DNA of 17,735 nt from Candidatus Eiseniibacteriota bacterium (GTDB taxonomy: Bacteria; Eisenbacteria; RBG-16-71-46): the NCBI GenBank assembly GCA_031370785.1, contig JANMQY010000116.1, positions 1-17,735 on the forward strand, written 5' to 3'. Below the pieces are notes generated by a model. That model was not told the DNA's origin. It made no database searches and saw nothing but the letters and a program-made list of their open reading frames with translations. The stretch's first letter is position 1; every line of letters starts with the position of its first letter. Below are positions 9,601 through 16,633 of the stretch, piece after piece. The position numbers and the translations under genes were made by a program.

Positions 9601-9661
9601 AGCCCGCGGAGCAGGCCAGACCCTGAACATCATGCGGCGCAAGATCGCCGTGGTTCGCTAG
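6650..9661 (+). CDS. Large secreted Ig-like repeat protein with Big_1-like domain and C-terminal FlgD-Ig/T9SS type-A-like sorting domain (1003 aa); putative surface adhesin or cargo
   Basis: SD GAGGAG (6638-6643) before GTG 6650. Sec signal MRHVFHFRLLAPLVVLAVLLVAAAPAVA-G. Thr/Gly/Ser-rich beta repeats. Big_1-like segment ATITARVTDDYGNGVPDRPIDF...TDSLGTARA. C-terminus SYPNPF...IRIFTQSGVLVR...WDGKNGAGNVVASGGY...RRKIAVVR. Confidence 0.85.
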   Translation: MRHVFHFRLLAPLVVLAVLLVAAAPAVAGPFTRLQVLLPGETAAPGTGSGKTGTPRAQTTGVPFNVTVRACDASWNLVNTATDVVRLLASDASATLPGATQLQSGTLLLTVTLNAGGSFTFFAHDETDGTIPDGTSAAVSALVLQGFQFSGISQKNQTAGVPFSMTLTARDPSGNIVTGYNGYVRLKETTSYGDGRTSPDSVQLVNGSWSGGLAAYRADETSINRGNVNFYAFLSNATGKNGTSDPFTVHPGSFARVQLIVPGETTLPGSVTGKTGTPASQGGGQAFSVTVYATDAYWNPLVSSDQVRLTSGDAAASTPLTGAMSNGVKVFSVSLGTVGTQTLTIADQTNGSIQGMTSPGIVVIPSAADHFAISTIASPQVAGTPLSVTIRAADVSNNTVPGYNGQAVLSANTGAGSISPELITFSNGVWTGSMVFRGAGGAVSFTAFDFSAPPHTGTSNSFVVQPGPFSGLQVLLPGETPQGGTVDGKNGAPTGQTAGAAFTLTLRAVDAYWNLVGGINDRIALGSSDAFAGMPAETTLAGGQLLLPARLYRTGPQRIWASDVDQPGITPDTSAYVTVTGGPFARVLILAPGESPAPGTVTGRTGTATDQSINYAFTCTVLAADSWWNPVGGVTDVMHVTSGDPLATLPPDAAMVDGVAQMNVRLATGGFQQITVSDVTQPSRTGSTTQVRAISTGFHLEATVTPTTAQAGGPFTLSVKVTNDAGSVIQEINSFVTIEVQNASSQAPGRGTLLTTQFQLLQGQRTVSENYSFAEPIVLIARDDAGNAPAASNVITITPGAPSQVLLSSAPTWVGGDKNATITARVTDDYGNGVPDRPIDFMLLTGTGSLSAIDSLTDSLGTARANFLSPRRPEIDRLRAVSGTLSADLDLETAFVDPGAPGGTITSYPNPFHPPAQGVSIAYKLDDNAQVTIRIFTQSGVLVRLVEFASGSTGGSAGLNTFVWDGKNGAGNVVASGGYLALLEARGAGQTLNIMRRKIAVVR
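6734..8737 (+). repeat. Four ~115 aa intragenic protein repeats (type A) interleaved with two type B Ig-like units
   Basis: Type A units start at 6734 (GPFTRLQVLLPGE), 7403 (GSFARVQLIVPGE), 8048 (GPFSGLQVLLPGE) and 8393 (GPFARVLILAPGE). Each continues G[KR][TN]G...Q...F...DxxWN. Type B units start near 7085 and 7754 and share QxAGxPxSxTxxAxDxSxNxVxGYNG. Confidence 0.85.
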
Positions 9662-9669
9662 GAGGAATC

Positions 9670-10929
9670 ATGAACCGCATCGAAATGCGCCTCACACGCA
9701 CCGCGGCGCTGCTCGCCGCACTCGCACTGCTCGTCACGGTCCCGGCACGCGCCGCGGATCAGGCCGGCGGTATGCCCGGCGAATGGCTGTCGCAGTACGC
9801 GGGCGCCCGCGCGCTCGGGTTGGGCGGCGCCTACGTCGCGACCGCCGACGATGCGCTCGGCATCCTGTGGAATCCATCGGGGCTCAGCCAGCTCGACCGG
9901 AACCAGCTCATGTTCGAGAACCTGCAATTGTTCGAGGACACCTCGGTCAACGGCTTCAGCCTCGCGGTCCCCGGCTCGTGGCTGCCGAGCTTCGGGCTCA
10001 GCATGATTTCGCTCAGTTCGGGAAACTTCCAGCGCACCAACGACGTCAACGATCCGCTCGGCGCGTTCCGTGAAGGCGAGACCGCGTACTTCTTCACCAT
10101 GTCGAAGAGCTTCAGTCCGCGCTTCTCGATCGGCACCAACCTCAAGCTGGTGCAGCAGACCATCGAGGACTTCAGCGGCGGCGGCTTCGGCTTCGACCTG
10201 GGCGCCATGTACCAGGTGAGCCCGCAGATCAGGTTCGGCTTCTCGGCGCTCAATCTGGGCGGCCCCTCGATCACGCTGCGCCAGACTGCCGAGACCTACC
10301 CGACCGAATATCGCGGTGGCGTGTCGCTGGCCGTGCTCAACGGGCGCGCGTTCATCACCGGCGAGATCGACCAGTCGACCGGCATCGGCACGCGCTTCCA
10401 CGGTGGCGCCGAGTACTGGATCCAGTCCGCCATCGCGGCCCGCGTCGGCTACGACGACTCGCGCGCGACCGGCGGCTTCTCGTACCGCTTCCTGCCGCAG
10501 TACCAGTTCGACTACGGCGTCGCGGATCATCCGCTCGGCATGACGCATCGCTTCGGGCTCACCTACCGCTTCGGCGGCTACTTCGCCGCGAGCCACGCCG
10601 ATCCCGAAGTGTTCTCGCCGACCGGCGAGAAGGCGGTCACCAAGATCGACCTCAACGCTCACACCAAGGCCGGCGCCGAGAGCTGGACGCTCGAGCTGCA
10701 CGACAAGTCGAACGCGGTGGTGCGCAAGTTCGGCGGCGCCGGCCAGCCTCCGGCCCACCTGCTGTGGGACGGCAAGGATGAGTCGGGCATGCCGATGGCA
10801 GACGGCACCTACCGCTACCAGCTCACGGTCAAGGATCGGGACGGCCGCGTGCTGATCGGTCGGATGCGTCAGGTCGAGATCTCGACGAACGGTCCGCAGG
10901 GTGCGGTGCCCGTGCTCCCGGTGCAGTAG
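9670..10929 (+). CDS. PorV/PorQ-family (FadL-like) outer-membrane beta-barrel with fused C-terminal FlgD-Ig-like domain (419 aa)
   Basis: SD GGAGG (9661-9665) and signal peptide ending ARA-A. Family hallmark GARALGLGGAYVATADDALGILWNPSGL. Amphipathic strands (GFGFDLGAMY, FGFSALNLG, RFHGGAEYW, ARVGY) end at HRFGLTYRF (10572). Followed by PEVFSPTGE...WDGKDESGMPMADGTYRYQLTVKD. Confidence 0.85.
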   Translation: MNRIEMRLTRTAALLAALALLVTVPARAADQAGGMPGEWLSQYAGARALGLGGAYVATADDALGILWNPSGLSQLDRNQLMFENLQLFEDTSVNGFSLAVPGSWLPSFGLSMISLSSGNFQRTNDVNDPLGAFREGETAYFFTMSKSFSPRFSIGTNLKLVQQTIEDFSGGGFGFDLGAMYQVSPQIRFGFSALNLGGPSITLRQTAETYPTEYRGGVSLAVLNGRAFITGEIDQSTGIGTRFHGGAEYWIQSAIAARVGYDDSRATGGFSYRFLPQYQFDYGVADHPLGMTHRFGLTYRFGGYFAASHADPEVFSPTGEKAVTKIDLNAHTKAGAESWTLELHDKSNAVVRKFGGAGQPPAHLLWDGKDESGMPMADGTYRYQLTVKDRDGRVLIGRMRQVEISTNGPQGAVPVLPVQ

Positions 10930-10961
10930 TTGATGGCGCACGCGAAGGCACACACCACGGC

Positions 10962-10989
10962 GAAGCGCGCGGTTCACGCCGCGCGCTTC
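10962..10989 (+). other. Intra-operon GC-rich stem-loop without U-tract
   Basis: GAAGCGCGCGG (10962-10972), loop TTCACG, CCGCGCGCTTC (10979-10989): a perfect 11-bp stem between the barrel stop and the SD of the TPR gene. Confidence 0.7.
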
Positions 10990-11010
10990 CGCATCACCAC
11001 GGAGGATGCG

Positions 11011-14000
11011 ATGGCGAAGGGAATGCGCACGACGCGGGGGGCCCTCAGCCTCGCGCTCGCCGCGCTGGCTGTGGGCCTGATCGTGAGCCCGGGGCACGCG
11101 GCGCGCACCCGGTCATCGGCCGAGGCGCCGAAGGCAGCCGGTGATGCGCTGCGCGACGCCGGACGCGCGTTCGATCGCGCGCGGCTCGCCGCCGGCGATG
11201 AGCGCCTTGCCGCGCTCCGCGAGCTGGACCAGAGCGTCGAGTCACTGATGAAGCAGGGCCTGAACGACGACCAGCGCACCGCCGCCAGCTTCTTGGCGGG
11301 CGCGGCGCGCTGGGAGCTGGGCGATGGGGATGCGGCGGGCAACGCGTATCGCGACGCGCAGAAGGGCGCCGCCAAGGGCCCGTTCGAAGACGACGCAGCA
11401 TTCGCCACCGTGCGCGCGCTGGAAGCGGCGCACCGTGACGCCGACGCTGCCAGGGAGTGGATCAAGTTCGAGCAGCGCTTCCCGACAAGCCCGCTGCTGG
11501 GTGAAGCCCGCCTCGCGCGCTCGTGGAACGCGCTCCGCCGCGGTGATGCGGAGGAGGCGCGCAAGTCACTGGCCGCGCTGCAGGTCTCTTCGCCGTGGAT
11601 GGCGAACGACGCCCGCGCTTCGCTCGCGCGCGCCGCGGCGTTGCAGCTCTCGGGACGGTCGCAGGAGGCGCTGGCCGCTCTCGGCGCTTCGCCATCCGGA
11701 CCGTGCGCCACCTATCTGCGTGGCCTCGCGCTCTCGGCGAGCGGCAACCAGTTGCGCGCCGCCGCCGCGTTCCAGGACGTGGCCGATCGCTGGCCATCCT
11801 CACCGCTTCACGACCCGGCGCTGCTCGCCAAGGCCAACGTGTTCCTGCGCGCGAAGGACTATCGCAGCGCGGCCGCTGAATTCGAGCGCATGCAATCGCG
11901 CGTCACCAATCCCCAGATCCTCGCGGAAGCCGAAGTGCGCGAAGCCGGCGCACGCTTCCTCGCCGGGCAGGGCGACACCGCACTCACGCTGTTGCGGAGC
12001 GTGGTGGATCGGCATCCCGGCACCGACGCCGCGGCGCGCGCCCAGTTCCTGGTGGCCGAGGCGCTGGCTGGCAAGGCGGACTACGCCACCGCGATCGTCG
12101 AATTCAACCAGGTGCTGACCCATTACTTCGAGCACCAGGTCGCGGCCAGCGCGCAGTACCGGATCGGACGCTGCCTCGATGCCATGGGCCGGCGCGCCGA
12201 TGCGACCGGCACCTATCAGGCGGTGGTGCGCGGCTACCCGCTCGAGCCCGAAGCGCCGGCGGCCGCGTATCTGGCCGGCGTCGGACTCATGCTGCAGAAC
12301 AAGCCGCTCGCTGCCGCGCCCTACTTCCAGATCGTGCTCGATCGCTATGCGACGCAGCGCGACAGCGCCGGCCGCGCCAAGTTCTCGAGCCCAGAGCGCC
12401 AGGAATTGGTCGAGGCCGCGCTGTGCCAGCTCGAACTCGCCTATCACCGAGTGGGTGACCTGGGGCAGCTCTCGGGTGCGCCGCACCTGCTGCTGCAGCG
12501 CATGCCGCCGAGCCGCTCCGAATGGAGGGCGTGGGCGCTGGTGATCGACGCCGACGCCTCCGCAGCGCAGGGACGTTACGCCGAAGCGCAGGCCGCGCTC
12601 GCTCAGGTGCATCGGGACTTCGCGGGCCGCGACGTGGCGATGTCGGCCGATGAGCTGCTGGCGTGGACCTACGCGCGTCAGGGCCACGATAGCCTGGCGA
12701 TCGTGACGGCAGAGGCGCTGGTGGCGAGCGCCGGCGCATCGAACGGGCGGGTGGTGAGCGGCGCGGTGCTCGCGATCGCGCACGAGCGCTTCAACCAGAA
12801 GCGCTACCGCGAGGCGGCCTCGGCCTACGAGGACTTCGTGCGGCGCTTCCCCAAGGATCCGCAGAAGCTGACCGCGCTCTATCAGGCGGGGCTCTGCTAC
12901 GTGCGTCTCGATCGCGCCGGCGATGCGGTGGATCGCTGGGAGACCATCGTGCGCGACAGCGCCGACTCTCCGCTCGCCGAGCGGGCGTGGGCACGGGCCG
13001 GCGACCTCTACTTCCAGGCCGCGCGCTACACCGATGCGAAGCGCTGCTACGAGGGCCTGCTCGCGCACTTCGCGGGCAGCTCGGCGGTGTCGATCGCGAC
13101 GCTGCGTCTGGCGCAATGCGAGTACAACGCCGGCCGCGACGCCGAGGCGCTGCAGGGCTTCGCCGGCACGATCGAGCAATTTCCGGGCACCGCGGCCGCG
13201 CGCGAAGCGCAGCGCGGCACCGAGCGCGCGCTCTACCGGCTGAGCCAGAAGCCGGGAGGACAGGCAGTGCTGGCGAGGCTGGTCGACCAGTTCCCGAACA
13301 GCGCGTTCGCGGCCGACGCCCAGTTCCAGATCGCGCGTCGCCACTACGACGCCAAGGAGTGGAGCGAAGCGGCCGAGGGCTTCCGCAAGGTGGTGAGCGG
13401 CTTCCCCGGCTACTCGGCGGCCGATCAGGCGCAGTTTCTGCTGGCCGACGCTTCGGCCCAGGCGCATGCGAGCGACGATGCGCGCCAGGCCTACGAGCAG
13501 TTCCTGGCGTTCTTCCCGGAGAGCGACCTGCGCTCGACGGTGCGCTTCCGGCTCGGGCTGCTCGACTTCGAGGGCAAGGACTACGCACGCGCCGCGGTGT
13601 CGTTCACGCAGGTGCTGGCCGAGAGCGCCAGCGCCGACATCGCCAGCGCATCCGCATACAACCTCGCCCTGTGCCAGCGCATGATCGGGCAGAGCGAAGA
13701 GGCGCGCAGCGCCCTCGAGCGCTACCGCAGCCAGCATCCGGATGACGCGCGCGCCGCCGAAGTGGCCTACCAGCTCGGCGACATGAACGAAACCGCCGGC
13801 CAGACCGCGGAGGCGTTGCGCGAGTACCAGCGCGCGCTGGCCGCGAAGCATTCGGCTGCTCTCGGGGTCGAGCTGCTGTTCCGCATGGGACGCTGCCACG
13901 AGCAGCTGAAGGAGACGACTGCGGCGCTGCGCTGGTACGAGCAGGCCGCGGCCGTGCCGCAGCGCGCGAACGCGTTCCGGCTCTCGGCGCTGGCACGCTG

Positions 14001-14145
14001 CGCCGCCCTGTACGAGACACGCAAGCAGTACACGCGGGCGGTGGATGCCTACCGCGACATCGCCCGTCATTCCCAGGACCACGAGCTGGTGGCGGCGGCC
14101 TCAGGCCGTGCGAGCCAGCTGGAGGCGCTGTCGCGCCCACGCTGA
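11011..14145 (+). CDS. Large exported tetratricopeptide-repeat protein (CpoB/BamD-like TPR pairs, 1044 aa)
   Basis: SD GGAGG (11001-11005) before ATG 11011, signal peptide ...LALAALAVGLIVSPGHA-A. Many helical repeats with [FYH]PxS-type turns (RFPTSPL, RWPSSPL, RHPGTDA, QFPNSAF, FFPESDL) and AxY/FxLG helices along the full length. Upstream TTG/ATG at 10930/10933 lack an SD. Confidence 0.88.
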   Translation: MAKGMRTTRGALSLALAALAVGLIVSPGHAARTRSSAEAPKAAGDALRDAGRAFDRARLAAGDERLAALRELDQSVESLMKQGLNDDQRTAASFLAGAARWELGDGDAAGNAYRDAQKGAAKGPFEDDAAFATVRALEAAHRDADAAREWIKFEQRFPTSPLLGEARLARSWNALRRGDAEEARKSLAALQVSSPWMANDARASLARAAALQLSGRSQEALAALGASPSGPCATYLRGLALSASGNQLRAAAAFQDVADRWPSSPLHDPALLAKANVFLRAKDYRSAAAEFERMQSRVTNPQILAEAEVREAGARFLAGQGDTALTLLRSVVDRHPGTDAAARAQFLVAEALAGKADYATAIVEFNQVLTHYFEHQVAASAQYRIGRCLDAMGRRADATGTYQAVVRGYPLEPEAPAAAYLAGVGLMLQNKPLAAAPYFQIVLDRYATQRDSAGRAKFSSPERQELVEAALCQLELAYHRVGDLGQLSGAPHLLLQRMPPSRSEWRAWALVIDADASAAQGRYAEAQAALAQVHRDFAGRDVAMSADELLAWTYARQGHDSLAIVTAEALVASAGASNGRVVSGAVLAIAHERFNQKRYREAASAYEDFVRRFPKDPQKLTALYQAGLCYVRLDRAGDAVDRWETIVRDSADSPLAERAWARAGDLYFQAARYTDAKRCYEGLLAHFAGSSAVSIATLRLAQCEYNAGRDAEALQGFAGTIEQFPGTAAAREAQRGTERALYRLSQKPGGQAVLARLVDQFPNSAFAADAQFQIARRHYDAKEWSEAAEGFRKVVSGFPGYSAADQAQFLLADASAQAHASDDARQAYEQFLAFFPESDLRSTVRFRLGLLDFEGKDYARAAVSFTQVLAESASADIASASAYNLALCQRMIGQSEEARSALERYRSQHPDDARAAEVAYQLGDMNETAGQTAEALREYQRALAAKHSAALGVELLFRMGRCHEQLKETTAALRWYEQAAAVPQRANAFRLSALARCAALYETRKQYTRAVDAYRDIARHSQDHELVAAASGRASQLEALSRPR

Positions 14146-14175
14146 ACCCGATCCCCGCCACCAAGGAGCCATACC

Positions 14176-14826
14176 ATGTTCGAGAATTTTGACTGGCTGG
14201 AAGCCATCCGCCGAAGCCCGGTGATGCTGGTGATCCTGGGCTGCAGCGTGATCACGCTCGGATTCGCGATCGAGCGCCTGCGTTACTACTGGTCGCGTCG
14301 CGGCGACGTCGCGGCGCAGCTCGACCAGGCCGCGGAGAAGGTCCGCGCTGGAAACTGGAAGGAAGCCGCCTGGGCGTGCAGCGTGATCAAGCACCCGGCC
14401 GGCCCGGTCGCGGCGAGCGTGCTGCAGAGCGCGACCTTGAGCCGTGAAGCACAGGAAGAGAAGATGCAGATCGCGTTGAGTGAGCAGCGCCTGCTGCTCG
14501 AGCGCAACCTCGGCGTGCTCGGCACCATGGGCAACACCGCGCCGCTGATCGGACTGCTCGGCACGGTGTGGGGCATCATGCGCGCGTTCCATGATATGGC
14601 GCGCACCGGTTCCGCCGGTCCCTCGGTGGTCGCGGCCGGCGTGGCCGAGGCATTGTTCACCACCGCTGCTGGCCTGCTGGTGGCGGTGCCCGCGGTGATG
14701 CTCTACAACCATTTCATCCGCCAGATGAGCGTCATGCTCACCGTGGCCGAGAACCGCGCGCGCACCCTGCGCATGGCGATCGCCGAGGCGGACCACAGCG
14801 AGCGCAGCTCGCGGCGCTCGGCGTAG
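14176..14826 (+). CDS. exbB: MotA/TolQ/ExbB proton-channel protein (216 aa)
   Basis: SD AAGGAG. LGTMGNTAPLIGLLGTVWGIMRAF and AGVAEALFTTAAGLLVAVPAVMLYNHF retain the Thr and Glu channel residues. Three TM segments. Confidence 0.93.
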   Translation: MFENFDWLEAIRRSPVMLVILGCSVITLGFAIERLRYYWSRRGDVAAQLDQAAEKVRAGNWKEAAWACSVIKHPAGPVAASVLQSATLSREAQEEKMQIALSEQRLLLERNLGVLGTMGNTAPLIGLLGTVWGIMRAFHDMARTGSAGPSVVAAGVAEALFTTAAGLLVAVPAVMLYNHFIRQMSVMLTVAENRARTLRMAIAEADHSERSSRRSA

Positions 14827-14834
14827 GGCGACCG

Positions 14835-15245
14835 ATGAGGCGCTCCCGCCGTTCGTCCGACCAGATGTCCGGGATCAACGAGCCCAACATGACGCCGTTG
14901 ATCGACGTCTCGCTGGTGCTGGTCGTGATCCTCATGGTCGCGACGCCGCTCGCGCTTCAGTCCGGCATCGGCGTCTCGAGCGCTTCGTCCAGCGGACGGC
15001 GCGCCGCGCCCAGCAAGACCGAACGCGTCGAGGTGAGCGTGCTTTCGACCGACAGCATCATGGTCAATCGGACCCTGGTGCGGCGCGACGCGCTTGCGCT
15101 GACGCTGCACCGGGTGCTCGAAGCGAGCGCCACGCGCCAGGTCGTGGTGCGCTGCGCCGACGGAGTGCTGCACGGCGACTTCGTGTCGGTGATCGACGAG
15201 GCGCGTGCGCAGGGGGCGGCCGAGATCGCGGTCGCGGGGAGGTAG
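14835..15245 (+). CDS. exbD: ExbD/TolR family protein 1 (136 aa)
   Basis: PNMTPLIDVSLVLVVILMVATP single TM with the essential Asp. C-terminal VVVRCADGVLHGDFVSVIDEARAQGAAEI. Confidence 0.92.
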   Translation: MRRSRRSSDQMSGINEPNMTPLIDVSLVLVVILMVATPLALQSGIGVSSASSSGRRAAPSKTERVEVSVLSTDSIMVNRTLVRRDALALTLHRVLEASATRQVVVRCADGVLHGDFVSVIDEARAQGAAEIAVAGR

Positions 15246-15246
15246 C

Positions 15247-15669
15247 ATGGCGTACACCCGGAGTCGCCAGGAGCCGATCACCAAGATCAACGTGACGCCG
15301 ATCATCGACGTCGCGCTGGTGCTGGTCATCATCCTGCTGGTCACAGCTCCTCTGATGTCGGCCTCCAACCTGCCGGTCAACCTGCCGCAGGCCCACACTC
15401 GCGAGGCAGAGGATCAGCGCAACCTCAGCATCACTCTGGGCTCGGACGGTCGGCTCGCGGTGGACGACCACGACGTGACCCGCAGCCAGCTCGTCGCGGT
15501 GATCGCCGCGCGCCTGGCCGAGTCCGGCAATCGCGACCTGCTGGTGGTGGTGCGCGCCGACTCGGGCACGACGTACGCCAGCGTGCGCGACCTGCTCGAA
15601 GCCGCCCGCCTGGCGGGCGCAAAGCGGTTGGCCATCGCCACCCGTCAGAAGGTCGAGGGCGCACTGTGA
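15247..15669 (+). CDS. exbD: ExbD/TolR family protein 2 (140 aa)
   Basis: SD GGAGG before ATG 15247. INVTPIIDVALVLVIILLVTAP, VNLPQA and VVVRADSGTTYASVRDLLEAARLAGAKRLAIAT. Confidence 0.93.
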   Translation: MAYTRSRQEPITKINVTPIIDVALVLVIILLVTAPLMSASNLPVNLPQAHTREAEDQRNLSITLGSDGRLAVDDHDVTRSQLVAVIAARLAESGNRDLLVVVRADSGTTYASVRDLLEAARLAGAKRLAIATRQKVEGAL

Positions 15670-16610
15670 CCCGCTCGGCTCTCAGACTCAGCTCCGCGCT
15701 CCAGTACGATGCGCAGGCCGTCCGCTCGCGTACCCGCAGCGCGATGGGCGTGAGCATCGGCGTGCACACGCTGCTGCTGCTCTGGCTGGTGTTCGCACCC
15801 AAGCCCGCCCCGGCGCAGCCGCCGCTTACCGAGATCACGCTGCTCGAGCCCGGCGACGCCGCTCCCGCGGCGCCGGCCGCGCCCGCACAGGCCGCGGCGC
15901 GCACCGAAGTCGGCGCGGCAGCGACCAGCGAGCGCGAGGTGCACTTCCGCCGGGCCGCCAACCGCGCCGATCTGGCGCCGACTCCGCAGAGCGATCTCGC
16001 GATCGACGATCAGTTGAGCACGCGCCTGGCCGCGCTGCAGAGCAAGGAAGTGGTCTCGGCGGCCCGCGTCGGAACGTCGGCGGGGGCGATGTGGGGTCAC
16101 GCCGCCACTCCCGCCACGGTGTCCGGTACAGGAACGTCCGGCTCGGTCGCGCTCAATCGCGGCGGCGAAGGCGCGGGCCCGGCGCTCGCACTGACGCGCG
16201 GCACCGGCGTCGGCAGCGCCCCGGCGCTCGCGCCGGCCACGGTTGCGACCCGCGTGGGCGAGGCGGCGCCCGAGAAGGCCGGCGAGAGCGGCGCGCGGCG
16301 CACGCTGGCCGGCGCCACACTGATGGGACCGATCGCCGACCGGCCGGTGCGCGTGCACGTCACGCCCGATTACCCCGAGTGGGCCAAGCGCGACGCGGTC
16401 GAAGGATCGGTCACGCTCTACTTCGTGGTGCGCGCTGACGGCACCATCAAGGAGAACGTGCTGGTGCAGCGCACCGCAGGTTTCGAAGACTTCGATGAGA
16501 ACGCCCGCGCCGCGCTTCGCGCGTGGCGATTTGAGCCGCTGCGCGACGGTCGCACCGGCGAGCAGTGGGGCACCATCACGTTCCGCTTCCGCCTGCGCGA
16601 CGGCGGCTAG
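15666..16610 (+). CDS. tonB: TonB-family energy transducer (314 aa)
   Basis: GTGA overlap with exbD2. N-terminal TM with S-x3-H (VSIGVHTLLLLWLVF). Low-complexity Ala/Gly/Thr linker. TonB_C domain PDYPEWAKRDAVEGSVTLYFVVRADGTI...FDENARAALRAWRFEP...ITFRFRL. Confidence 0.9.
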   Translation: MTRSALRLSSALQYDAQAVRSRTRSAMGVSIGVHTLLLLWLVFAPKPAPAQPPLTEITLLEPGDAAPAAPAAPAQAAARTEVGAAATSEREVHFRRAANRADLAPTPQSDLAIDDQLSTRLAALQSKEVVSAARVGTSAGAMWGHAATPATVSGTGTSGSVALNRGGEGAGPALALTRGTGVGSAPALAPATVATRVGEAAPEKAGESGARRTLAGATLMGPIADRPVRVHVTPDYPEWAKRDAVEGSVTLYFVVRADGTIKENVLVQRTAGFEDFDENARAALRAWRFEPLRDGRTGEQWGTITFRFRLRDGG

Positions 16611-16633
16611 GGCAAGGCGAAAGGAGCATGGCG

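Noticed and set aside
9362..9658. Flagellar hook-capping protein FlgD
   Set aside because: Only the Ig-like module is present, at the end of a Sec-exported protein, and there are no flagellar genes nearby. It fits a sorting-domain role better.
4327..9669. ORF-track upstream extensions of the methyltransferases (4327, 5279), the large protein (6353) and the barrel (8503)
   Set aside because: Each extension overlaps another gene or is low-information sequence. The internal starts have SDs, and for the exported proteins they place a signal peptide at the N-terminus.
11011..16610. Canonical Tol-Pal (tolQRA-tolB-pal-cpoB) or iron-uptake Ton operon
   Set aside because: There is no TolB beta-propeller, Pal lipoprotein or TonB-dependent receptor between the upstream intergenic region and the terminator, and no Fur-box-like AT-rich palindrome upstream.
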